In this document: piece after piece, positions 50,331 to 60,926 of the stretch
Layout: every line of letters begins with the position of its first letter
Position numbering within the stretch: position 1 is the first letter of the stretch
Assembly: GCA_010356995.1 (NCBI GenBank)
Contig: ML996689.1
Span: 1-64,000, forward strand
DNA: 64,000 nucleotides
Origin: Trichodelitschia bisporula
Lineage: Eukaryota
Direction of reading: 5' to 3'
Notes under the pieces: generated by a model
Told to the model about the DNA's origin: nothing
Databases searched by the model: none
The model's input: only the letters and a program-made list of their open reading frames with translations
Translations under genes and position numbers: made by a program

Positions 50331-50397
50331 ACCACTACCCCCTCCCACTACCCCCTCCCACTACCCCCTCCCACTACCCCCTCCCACTACCCCCACC
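50331..50397. repeat. 13-bp tandem repeat (cactaccccctcc) about 5 copies
   Basis: Directly visible. Confidence 0.9.
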
Positions 50398-51696
50398 CGT
50401 ACGCCTCTTCCGTCCCTACGTCCGTCCCTCTGGGCCCCCCCCCAGCCCAGGATCCCCAGCCCAAACCCCTCATCTCGCACGTCCCGCTCCCCATTTACGA
50501 TAGCTGCCCAAAGGGCACCCCAGTCGCAACACGCGGGGAAGAGCTACCGTGGACGGGAAACGCCGTGCCTCGTGCGGGTGTTGTCACGTAACGCGCGGCA
50601 CCAGGGTACATATTGCCGTGGCGCGCCCACCGTCGACGGAGCGGCGCGGTGCGGCACGGACACGGCGCACGAAGCCAGCGGCAGCGGTTCTGAGTCCACG
50701 CAACGCCGGCGATGCGGGCCCGCCGTTGGCATCGCTGCGGCGGCGCGTAGGGCAGTCGTGTACGACTCAATGGAGCGTCGGGCACGAGGGCGGTTTCAAC
50801 TGCCGAAGTGTGGCCCTTCATTCAGGTGCATCCCGGCGTGTGCGAGACGTGGGGGTAATATGGGTAGATTGCGGGCGGGATGTGAACCTGGATACGTGCT
50901 GCAGGCCACGTGTGGTGCGGCCAGAAGGCGTGGACTGCGTTTGCGGGGAGGGGTGTTAGGCGCTGATTGGTGCTGGGTTCGTGAAGGATTCGTATTACTC
51001 CTGGACCGGACGAAGGGAGACGGATTGAGCTGACGTTGGAGAGGACATCGTGACAACTTGATGTACCTCACTAGAGAATGTGTCTCTGAGCATGTGCTTC
51101 AAGACAAGTGTCTCAAAAGACGTGCATCGATTCCGAGTATTTGACCAGCATCACGGATCCTCAGCCCGCAAACCTCCGCATCCCGACGCTCACCCGAAGC
51201 AGCCCACAAGCAGCATCCCCGCCGTCGAGCTTGCGCAGGCACCCGCGTGGAAGCCAGTTGCGCCACCACCGGCTTCCCCGCATTTTGCCTGACCCGCAGG
51301 CCGACCGACGACATGTGAAGGGGCCTGCAGCTGGCGGAGCAGCCAGCGGAAAGTACGGCCGAGAGAGGGTGCGCCTCCGCCAGACGGACTCTAGATGAGA
51401 CCGGGGGGTCTGGCGGAGGAGTGGCTCCAGAAGCCCCGTCAAAGGAGGACAGAAACAGGCGCCGAAACGCACAGGTGCTTGGGATGAAACAGCAGGAAAT
51501 GCGGTGTTGCAACTGGCCATTGCGTTTGAGAGGACTACAGCCCAACCCTGGTCTTAAGGGCCGTTATATGCCCGCTCCATCCACGCCTCGCCTACCCCGG
51601 CCGGTCGCGCTCGTCATCCGTCCGCGTGGCCGCGACCTCAACGGCGGAACATCCCCAGAGCCGCAACGACGTCCGTCGCTCGCGCTCACGAGACGG

Positions 51697-51966
51697 TCAG
51701 AGCTGGGAGGAATCATAGCCCGGCTTGTTGAAAGTAGGTGCACGGGTGTTGATGTGGTTGTTGTTCGTCACGGGCTTGGTCTCCTCGCTGTGAGTGACGA
51801 TACGCTTGTACGGCTTGGTAGTGATGGTGACAGAGGAGGCTGTGTGCTCGGGCTCGTGGCTTTCGACCAGCTTGACTTCGTTGGTGGTCGGGTCCAAGGT
51901 GCGCTTGTAGAACTGGGCGGTATCGGCGCTGAAGTTGCTCTCGACTTGGATGCGTTTGTCGGGCAT
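51697..51966 (-). CDS. Small hypothetical protein (89 aa)
   Basis: Good start context (cacaaATG), C-ending codon bias, divergent from the Nudix gene. No recognisable domain. Confidence 0.4.
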   Translation of the reverse strand: MPDKRIQVESNFSADTAQFYKRTLDPTTNEVKLVESHEPEHTASSVTITTKPYKRIVTHSEETKPVTNNNHINTRAPTFNKPGYDSSQL

Positions 51967-52419
51967 TTGTGGTGATGGTAATGATAGCTCACTTGATATG
52001 AGACGCCCTTGATATTGAGGCTTTGAGCTTGGATGTGAAAACTTGAAGTGTCAGAGAACCCGGGCTGATTTGAAACTTGAGCAGGATGATGAGGGAATAT
52101 CAGGTGACGTAGCACGCGAAATCGACCCCCGACCCGCTCACGCCGCTCACCCGCTCTACGAGATCAGCACAGCCACATCGAGCTTGCATCAGCCACGCCA
52201 AGTCCGCGCCAAGATATCAAACGTCCTCAAAGGCAGCCGCCACGTAAAGAATGACTCCAAACTGCGCAGTCGCAATCAAGAATTCTCATCACACTACATA
52301 GTTTGGGATTCCCTGAATCCCACCCCAAAATTACCCACTTCGCACGGCTTCGACCGCGCGGCCGCATTTTTCGCACTGTTCTATCCTCCCCATTTTACCA
52401 TCCCCAAAAACGTACCAAC

Positions 52420-53316
52420 ATGGCTCCTCCAACCACAAACGGCCCCGCGATTCCGATCCAGGGCCAGCCTATGACCCCCGGACTCACATTACTACCGAGA
52501 GCCCCACCACCCCCGCCTCAACTCGTGATGCGTCTCTCGCCACGCTTCACCTTCGACCCGTCCTTGGCGCCCCTCAACATCCATCTTGATCGGTATCTCG
52601 CCCAGAACCCGCCCCTCGGGCGGCTCGGCGTCGCAGCCGTACTCTTCTGCGGAGATCGGATGCTCTTAGTCCAGCGCAGCAGCACCGAGCGCTCGTGGAA
52701 GCTGCGCTGGGAGGTTCCTGGCGGCGGTGCCGATCCCGAAGACCAGACCATACTCGCCAGCCTTGCGCGCGAGCTCTTCGAAGAGACGGGCCTGCACCTG
52801 CGACATATCAAGCGGCGCGTCGGACAGGACCTGGTCTACCCCACGCGCACCGGCATGATGGCTAAGATCACGTTCGAAGTTGAGGTCGAGGAGTCAGGTG
52901 ATGGAACGGGCGATGTGCTCAGGCGCATCTGTGAGCAGATTCAACTCGAGCCGTCGGAGCATCAGCGTTGGATGTGGGTCACGCAAGAGGAAACGCGCCT
53001 TGCCTATGCTTGGAACACGCCGCTGAGATACGTGTCCCGTGAAGCGAAGGTGGTCCTGATGGATGCATGGTATGGGCGCTCTTATGGGAACGGGGCCGGA
53101 GCCAAAGCCGGAACTGGAGCTGGGGTGGGAGTTGGAGCTGGAGCCGGAGCTGGAGCAGTAGTCGGAGTTACGACTGGAGCTGGAGCCGGAGCCGGAGTTA
53201 CGGCTGGAGCTGGAGCACAGCCTGGAGCGATGACCGGAGGCAAGAAGAAGAAGAACAAGAAGAAGACGAAGAATTCGGCGCAGGCGCAGGCGCAGGCAGC
53301 ATTGTCAGCGACGTAA
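52420..53316 (+). CDS. Nudix hydrolase with Gly/Ala-repeat and poly-Lys tail
   Basis: LLVQRS..WEVPGGGADPEDQTILASLARELFEETGL (Nudix box), LEPSEHQRWMWVT. Confidence 0.88.
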   Translation: MAPPTTNGPAIPIQGQPMTPGLTLLPRAPPPPPQLVMRLSPRFTFDPSLAPLNIHLDRYLAQNPPLGRLGVAAVLFCGDRMLLVQRSSTERSWKLRWEVPGGGADPEDQTILASLARELFEETGLHLRHIKRRVGQDLVYPTRTGMMAKITFEVEVEESGDGTGDVLRRICEQIQLEPSEHQRWMWVTQEETRLAYAWNTPLRYVSREAKVVLMDAWYGRSYGNGAGAKAGTGAGVGVGAGAGAGAVVGVTTGAGAGAGVTAGAGAQPGAMTGGKKKKNKKKTKNSAQAQAQAALSAT

Positions 53317-55038
53317 ACGTGCACAGTTCGCCGCTTGGCGGCTTGGAGTGTAGCAGGACAAGAGGCAGAGGTCCGGTGTAGAAAGCATTAGATGAGTATA
53401 CAGTACGGACTTTCACAACAGAAGGTTGGCAAGCGTCGTCACGGCGTGTGGCGGATGCGTCACACGTCACATAGAGTGGGGCATCCAAAAGGGGAAGGCT
53501 TCGAGACGCGGTAGAAGGTCTGGTGGCAGAGGAAAATGAAACCAGCGGCGTTTTACGAACTGCGACGCGCGACCGTGAGGTTCAGGACACGAAGTGGTGT
53601 ACGCGTTCGGGGTAACGTGTTTCGTCTAATAGCGGAATCTAAGTCTATTTTACTTTTACGAGCAGATTACACTCTCTCTTTCTCTCTCTCTTTCTCGCCT
53701 GGCGAGACCTAACAAGGCGATACGCAATCATCGAGATGCAATCATCGATTGTCCAAACAGACCATACCCCACATGCTCCCTTGCCAAGCTTTTCGCACCG
53801 AGGTAGGCTGCAACAGCCCCGCCTTTGACCCGCACCTTTGTTTTTCGCCCGTTTGGCTTTTCGAGAGAGTCTGGGCTGCAGTGCCAAAGCGCGGCGGAGA
53901 GTGTGGCCATCAAATATAGGCAGGGAGGGGTGAAGAGAACGCAAAATCACAGACCACCAAGGGCAATTAGACTACCACGCGCTTGCCCTTCATTTCGGGG
54001 GGTTGTTCCTGGAAAGGGTGATGGGATGGTTGGAGATGGAGGGCGCGAGCTATGCATCTAGTGGAGCACTCCGACATACGGATGTCCTTGACGGAGGACG
54101 GAAGAAGGGGAGAAGGGACGAGCGTAGAGGGCAGAAGCGGGCTCGTCATAAAGTATAGTTTGATAGGAGGTCGTACATCGAATCGACATACTCATTCATA
54201 GGCCATCGGATAACCCGTGTTGTTTATCCCTTGAAAACTCCTTTCTTTGGGGGGTCCATCTGTGCATCTCCGCCTAGAACAAGGACAGAGATACACGATG
54301 CCGGTGGTGGAAGTAGAGTGGTAAAGACTGAAGAGGCGTTCGTTGCCCCCCGCCTCCCCTCCATCTCGCTCACTCTTCTCTCTGTCTCAATCTCACCCCT
54401 TCCTCTCATCACTCATCTCTCACTCATTCTCATCTCACATCCCTCTCTCACCCTCACCTCATCATACAGCATCGCCCCCTCCAGCCCCCATCACCATCCT
54501 TCTCTCTCATCCCCCAGCAGGCGCATCTACCCCCCTCCCTCTACCCACCATCCACAGCCCATTCATACACCCCTCCCACCCCTCCATCACCTCCATCCCT
54601 CATCCCCGCCCCTCCGCACGTACCTTCTGATCATCTCTGATCATTAGCGCTCACTGCAAAAGCCCACTCATTAGCTGTCGAACCTTGACGAGACCAAGAT
54701 CAGAAGAACGGTCCGCAGCCCGCATCCCGCGTAAACCTGCATATCCCGCATTGCAATCCCCTACTCCATAGGCCCCGTACCTACAGGCTACATACCGCAG
54801 CAACAGAAAAAAAGCCCACAGGCTCGTTGTCGGCGCTGCATCGCTTCCGATCTGGGGTAATGCAATAATCCGACTCGTCCCCCAGCCGTCCCGTCGTTCC
54901 CCACCTCCGCAAACCCCTCCTCTTACCTCTTCTCCACCCCCATCTTCCCAACACTCCAACAACCCATCCCACATATCGCACGCTGTGCAGGCCTCGCTCC
55001 CCCTTCCACCCCAAAGTAAAGGCCGAAACCCCCAAACC

Positions 55039-58000
55039 ATGGCGGCTGAGAGCACCTTCATGGCTGTTCCCGCCACTGGGTCGCCCTCTGCTTCCAAACC
55101 TCCAAGTGTGACTGGGCCGCACCCGGCAGGTCATCCGAGTTTTCGAAGGTAGGAATGCGGTCCAAAAAATGGGCGTCGCAAAAGCATCTACAAAATGCTG
55201 ACTGGTTGGAAAACGCGATAGGCAACGCGCGTCTAGAGCCTGCGAGGTGCGTCTGTTCCTGCCGAGGCACCGAGGTTTTTGGAAAGGAAAAGAGCTAACC
55301 TCACCACCAGACATGCCATGCGCGAAAGGTACACCCAACCAACTGTCAAGATCGCCAGACGTGCCATACTCACCCAACTGCAGGTACGATGCGACGCCGC
55401 CAGCCTCGGCGTGCCGTGCACCAATTGCACCGCCTTTGGCATCGAGTGCCGCATACCGGCACCCAAGCGGAAGAAGACGTCGCAGTCGAAGAAGGATGGC
55501 GAGAGGTTCGATCCAGCGCCACCAACACCGAACCGTCCAACTGACCCCCCAGCAGTGACAATGAAATCGCCCAGTCGCAGTCCCCTACAGCCACGGCCTC
55601 ACCCGGCGACAGCTCGGCGCGCGACCGCACCGGCATGTATAACTCGCTCGACGGCACGCCCTCGACAACTGTCTCCGAGGCTTACGCTGCAGTGCAGCAG
55701 GCTGGCGTCGGCACATACGCAACCTTTATGAGACCCAAGTTCGCGCGCGCGCCGATTAAGGAGGCCGGCCGCGTCGCCTATCTCGGCGAGTCCTCGAACC
55801 TGTCGCTGCTTGTGCACGACCGCTACGGCTCCAACGATGTCGTCCACTACCCGCTGCCGGAAAGCATCCGCGGTGCCAAAGCGCGCGCCAATGAGCTCGA
55901 CAACATGGAGATCGAGATCCTGCATCAGCGCGGCGCCTTCCTCCTACCGCCGCGCGCGCTTTGCGACGAGCTCGTCGAAGCCTACTTCCGCTGGGTTGCG
56001 CCTGTCGTGCCCATCATTAACCGCAGCCGCTTTATGCGCCAGTACCGCGACCCTAAGAACCCACCGTCGCTTCTCCTATTGCAGGCCGTGCTACTCGCCG
56101 GGTCTCGCGTGTGCATCAACCCGCAGCTCATGGACTCGAGCGGGTCAACTACGCCGGCAGCAATGACTTTCTACAAGCGCGCCAAGGCGCTCTACGACGC
56201 CAATTACGAGGACGACCGTGTGACGATCGTGCAGGCGCTCATTCTGATGGGCTGGTACTGGGAGGGGCCGGAAGGTAAGCTTCTTACCTTCTCTGGGCCC
56301 GCTAACCCGCAAGGCATAGACGTCACGAAGAACGTGTTTTACTGGACACGTGTGGCAACTGTCGTTGCGCAGGGCTCAGGCATGCATCGCAGGTCGGTTT
56401 CTCGGTTGTAGTCATCGCCGAAGGTGTCACTGACCCCCCTAGTGTCGAGGCGTCGCAACTCAGCCGCGCCGACAAACGGTTGTGGAAGCGCATCTGGTGG
56501 ACCCTGTTCTCGCGCGACCGTTCCGTCGCCGTCGCCCTTGGCCGGCCCGTAGGCATCAACCCCGAGGATTCGGACGTCGAGATGATCACGGTGGAGGACT
56601 TTTTGGAAGACGAGCCGGACCGGCCAGCCGAGTTTCAGCCGGACCCGACGCACGTCCAGTTCTTCATCAACTACGTTAAGCTGTGCGAGATCATGGGCCT
56701 TGTGCTTTCGCAACAGTACTCGGTCGCGTCCAAGTTCAAACGTACCAACGCTATCGATCTTACGCATAGCGACATGGCCCTTGCCGACTGGCTGCAGCAC
56801 TGCCCGAAGGAGGTGGCATACGACAAGAACGCCCACAACTTCTGGGCCGCGCTGCTGCACTCCAACTACTAGTAGGTGATAATCCCCGTAGCAAGACGCT
56901 GCTGACCATCAGCACCACACTTTGCCTCCTGCACCGCGCGCACATGCCGCCCGCCGGGTCGCCCAAAGCCGGCCACTACCATGAAGAGGCAGCGTATCCA
57001 TCGCGAAACATCGCGTATCAGGCTGCGGGCATGATCACGTCCATCATCGAGAATCTACAGAGCCAAAACGAGCTACGCTACGCACCGGCGTTCATTGTAT
57101 ACAGTCTCTTCTCCGCGCTCATCATGCACGTCTACCAGATGCGCTCATCCAACAAGAGCATCGTACAGGCGACGGAGCAACGCCTCGAGATCTGCATGGG
57201 CGCGCTCAAGGAGGTGTCCAAAGTTTGGCTTGTCGCGAAGATGGTCCACACACTATTCGAGTCGATTCTCGGCAATAAGCAGCTTGAGGAGCGCCTCCAA
57301 AAAGCGGCCGGCAAGCGTCATCGCAAACCGCACCGGCCAAGGGAAGACCAGAAGCGCAAGTTCGACGAAATGGAAATGGGCTTCGGGAACGGCCTGCCCG
57401 CGCCGCCGGAGTCGTATGAACGCTCGCGCCCGCAGACGCCGTCACTCGCGCCAGCCGTGCCGCCGGGTCCGATAAATGCCCGGCCCGCTGATACCTTCAT
57501 GGGTTCAGGTCCGCCGCCTACAGGCCGGAACACTGGCACATCGCGCGGGACCACGCGGCCGACGACGCCGTTCAACCCCAATTTCTCCTACCCCAACACG
57601 CCGCCGGAGCTATATCTCGTGACACGCAACTCGCCTAGCATCTCACACGACCTGTGGCAAAACTTCCAGCCCGACCAACTGTTCCCTGCCGAAACGGGCC
57701 TGTCGTTTTCGAGCGTGTCGCCGATCCAGCATCACTCGCTCGTGGATCCTGCGATCGCGGCTAATCAACAGCAGCATCCGCAGACGCCGCACATTGAGGG
57801 ACAGCCCAACGGCATGATTCCTGGACAGGAGGCTGGATGGAATGGCATGGAGGGGGTGAACACGCAGCAAAATGAGGAGACGTGGAGCAACAGCAGTAAG
57901 GGTCAGGGGCCGATTGTACCGACGGCGCTGAATGTCGAGGACTGGTACGTTTTTTATATCGCTTGACTTTGGACGAGCTAACGGGCCAGGTTCCACTTTT

Positions 58001-58041
58001 TCGGCATCCACGGCGAAACTAACGGCCTGAACAGTTTTTAG
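55039..58041 (+). CDS. farA: Cutinase transcription factor 1-alpha / FarA (Zn2Cys6 regulator of fatty-acid utilisation)
   Basis: About eight introns. SFRR|QRASRACE|TCHARK|VRCDAASLGVPCTNCTAFGIECRIP, KPKFARAPIKEAGRVAYLGESSN-type motif (here RPKF), LWKRIWWTLF, VPTALNVEDW|FHFFGI. Confidence 0.93.
55262..55275 (+). promoter_or_regulatory. Two tandem CCGAGG (FarA-type) motifs in farA intron 2
   Basis: gCCGAGGcaCCGAGGttt inside intron 55247-55310. Function is inferred only. Confidence 0.35.
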
Positions 58042-60362
58042 CATGACTTTGGGGATCACTGACGCCTAAAAGTTGATCGGATGATTTGAGGCGACGGAAC
58101 CGTCGGCAGGCGTTGTGATTGGCGTTTCGAGCTTTGGGGTCTTTGGTTTCATGCCGGCGGGCAGGCTTGTTTTTCTTTCCGGCGGTAATTGTCGCTCTAA
58201 GCAATGGGAGGGTGGGTACTCGTATTTGTACTTGAAGCTTCGCGTCGCTTGAAGCGGGGAGTTGGGGGGTGGTGATTTATGGACGTGCAAGTATGGGTGT
58301 GTATAAAGCTAATGGCTGTGGGAGCGACGGCCATTGCTGCCGGCATTGAAGGTGGTATGGTGGAGATGCTCAATATATGCGTGTACAACGACGACGCTTA
58401 TCGTTGGGCTTTCCCTGGAATGAGCATTATCCGTGCCACTGCTGTGCGGAAGCAATAGGCGATTAGCGATCGGACGAATCAGCATATTTTCCCCGCGAAG
58501 ACGGACGGCTAGTGAGATTCGATTCCGTCCTTCTACCTGCCGGGTGCTCATGGTGTAGACATGAAAAAGGGGCATTGCTGGTCGGGGGGAACAGGGCGTA
58601 CATGATGTAATGTGCACCTGATAGAGGAAGGAGCGTAGGAGGATGCTTGACATCATCAGTTTCAAGTCTCGGGCGTCTCTTGACTCTCTTATTCTCTTAT
58701 TCTCTTGACCTTTTATCAACTCTTCACTTCACACCGTAGCCATTTCACGTGTCAAGCCTATGCTTCTATGCTCGTGGCACCGGAACCCCGTTTCTCCGCG
58801 TCCCCTTTGGTGCCCCCTATCTATCGGCCCGTCCCATCTCACGTCCCCATTTTCCCGTGAGCATAAATAGCAACCCCGATGTGATAACGGCTCCCGGGTC
58901 CATCCTTTTCGCGCATCGCTCGCGTGGTGCACCGCTAGGCGCCGAGACGGAGCTCTTGTTTCAGCGGCGGTTAACGTTGCGCCGCCAGGCATGCCAGGTA
59001 CGGTGTACATAGTACCGGGCGCTGGAGGGACGGGCGGTATGTACACCACCACCTATGCTTCCTGGCGCGGATACGCGAAAGAGAACGCGGCCAGAGCCGG
59101 CACGCGCTGTAGTGTCAAATCATACTGTACAGGAGCGAAATGAGATCGATGCCCGCACCGGCGATCCACATCTGTGCTTTCACGATGACGCGGTGCTGGC
59201 GGGATGATATCCGCTTTGGGATCGAGGGCCTGCTCGGGAGGTATATAGGCCTTTTGATGGCCGCTCGGTCTTTTTCGACTTGCTGGTGCGAGGGGTTGCG
59301 CGGGGGAGGGCTAGAACTTTGGGCGTCTGTGCGGTGTTGACAGCTTGATGACAATTTGACACTGACACTGACACTGACGGGTTGGAGGGTGGGGAGTTCA
59401 TATGTGGACTTCGTGCCGCCGCCTATCTGTACATCCTAATCTCCTCTGAGTGCACTGCTGATGGAATCTAGACAGTTGGCCTTCACAGCCATGCGCCTCA
59501 TAGCCGAATTCTTTTCTTTTGGACTTCACGCCGCGCCTCCCCCTGCTGCAACATATATCACTTTCCATCTACCTGGGTTGCGCGGGTCGAATTGCTCCCT
59601 CCCCCCGTCAGTCTCCCCGCTCTCTATCTTGCCCTACCACGCGCAATCCCCTTCCGAAGCCAATCACAAATTCAACCAAGCGAAATTCCACGCGGCTGTA
59701 TACCACACCTCCGCACGCACGCCGTACGTCGGCGCAGTGTACAGTACCCGCCCTCCTTCCGTGGGGCTCGTTCTCGGAATCCCCGCTGCTCCAGGTACGC
59801 GCCAGGGCAGGCGGGCCAGGCCAGGAACGCGAGGCCAGGAACGCATGTCACAGTTAGACCACTCGTGCGAGTGATCCCCGCCGTGATTTGCGCTCCTCTA
59901 GGCTCTGATCACGCCGCGTGCTCGGTTCGCGGGGCGCGATCGACCCCGCGATGTCATCTGTAGAAGAAGATACCATCTTCCACAGCTTCTCGCACACCTT
60001 TCGATCCTCGGCCGACGTGCTCGCTGTGGGCTCGGCGGTTGTTTCCCGACGCCTCAATGCCGGGCTGCGTGATGCCGGCTGGCCTATCGCGGAGCGGAAC
60101 GCGATAGGACGATAGAGGCAATATCAGTGACTTGGCCGCGGCGCGGCAGCCCTAGAATGGGCGCGGGACGACTATTCTAAATATATTGCGCGCGGTCGTC
60201 AGCGTTGCGGTGTGCTGGGTGGGATATAAGTCTCGAGCAGAGGACGAGGGCGGATGTTGGTCTGCATCGGTCCAGTCGTTACCGCCCATTCCCTACCGCC
60301 CGCCTCACTGCCGTTCATTTCACCGACCTCAGTCACTACCAGAAGCATATCAGGCGCCGACA

Positions 60363-60926
60363 ATGCAGATCCACTTCCTCCTCCTCTTCACGCTCGCGGC
60401 ATCCATTCTCGCCGCCCCGCTCGCCGCGCCGCAGTGGGGCGCCCAACAAACCGTCGCCGTCGAAGACGCTATCCGCCGCGCGGGCAACGCGCTCGCCAGC
60501 CTCGACACCTTTTTCCGGCAAACGAGGCCGTCCGCCAGCGAAGCCGGCGCCTTCGTCAACCAAGCGCTCAACCTGCAGGCGCGGGTAGTGGACGAGCTAC
60601 GCGCGGGAACGCGCGAGGTCAAGCTCGGGGGCGCGATTAACGCGGCCGAGGCGGCGAAGCTGGCAGACTGGGTGGATGCGCTGAGCAACCTGTACGAGAG
60701 CGCGATGCGCGGGTGGACGAATGCAAAGGCGTCGGTGCGGTCGAGTGGGCGGAAGAATATGGTCCTGACTAGTTTGCTGGATTTGCAGGATGCGACGAAT
60801 AACCTCAATGATGCCGTTACGGCGAAGTTGCCTAGCGGGTTGATTACGGCGACGGTGGGGAGGAGGAGCAAGCAGCGGCAGGCGGGGGCAGTGGATGAGG
60901 CGATTAAGCAGATGAAGACGGCTTAG
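60363..60926 (+). CDS. Secreted HsbA / cell-wall mannoprotein 1 family protein
   Basis: Signal peptide MQIHFLLLFTLAASILA, cysteine-free helical body with LDTF, GTREV..INAAEAAKL, AK..V..SG, VLTSL, AVTAKLP and AVDEAI pattern. tataag at ~60225. Confidence 0.8.
   Translation: MQIHFLLLFTLAASILAAPLAAPQWGAQQTVAVEDAIRRAGNALASLDTFFRQTRPSASEAGAFVNQALNLQARVVDELRAGTREVKLGGAINAAEAAKLADWVDALSNLYESAMRGWTNAKASVRSSGRKNMVLTSLLDLQDATNNLNDAVTAKLPSGLITATVGRRSKQRQAGAVDEAIKQMKTA

Noticed and set aside
58729..59052. Small ORF with CxxC and C/H residues
   Set aside because: No recognisable domain or clear gene signals.
23011..60926. Lipid or secondary-metabolite gene cluster (FAA1, farA, hsbA-like)
   Set aside because: FAA1 is ~30 kb from farA with unrelated housekeeping genes between, and there is no PKS, NRPS or terpene synthase.
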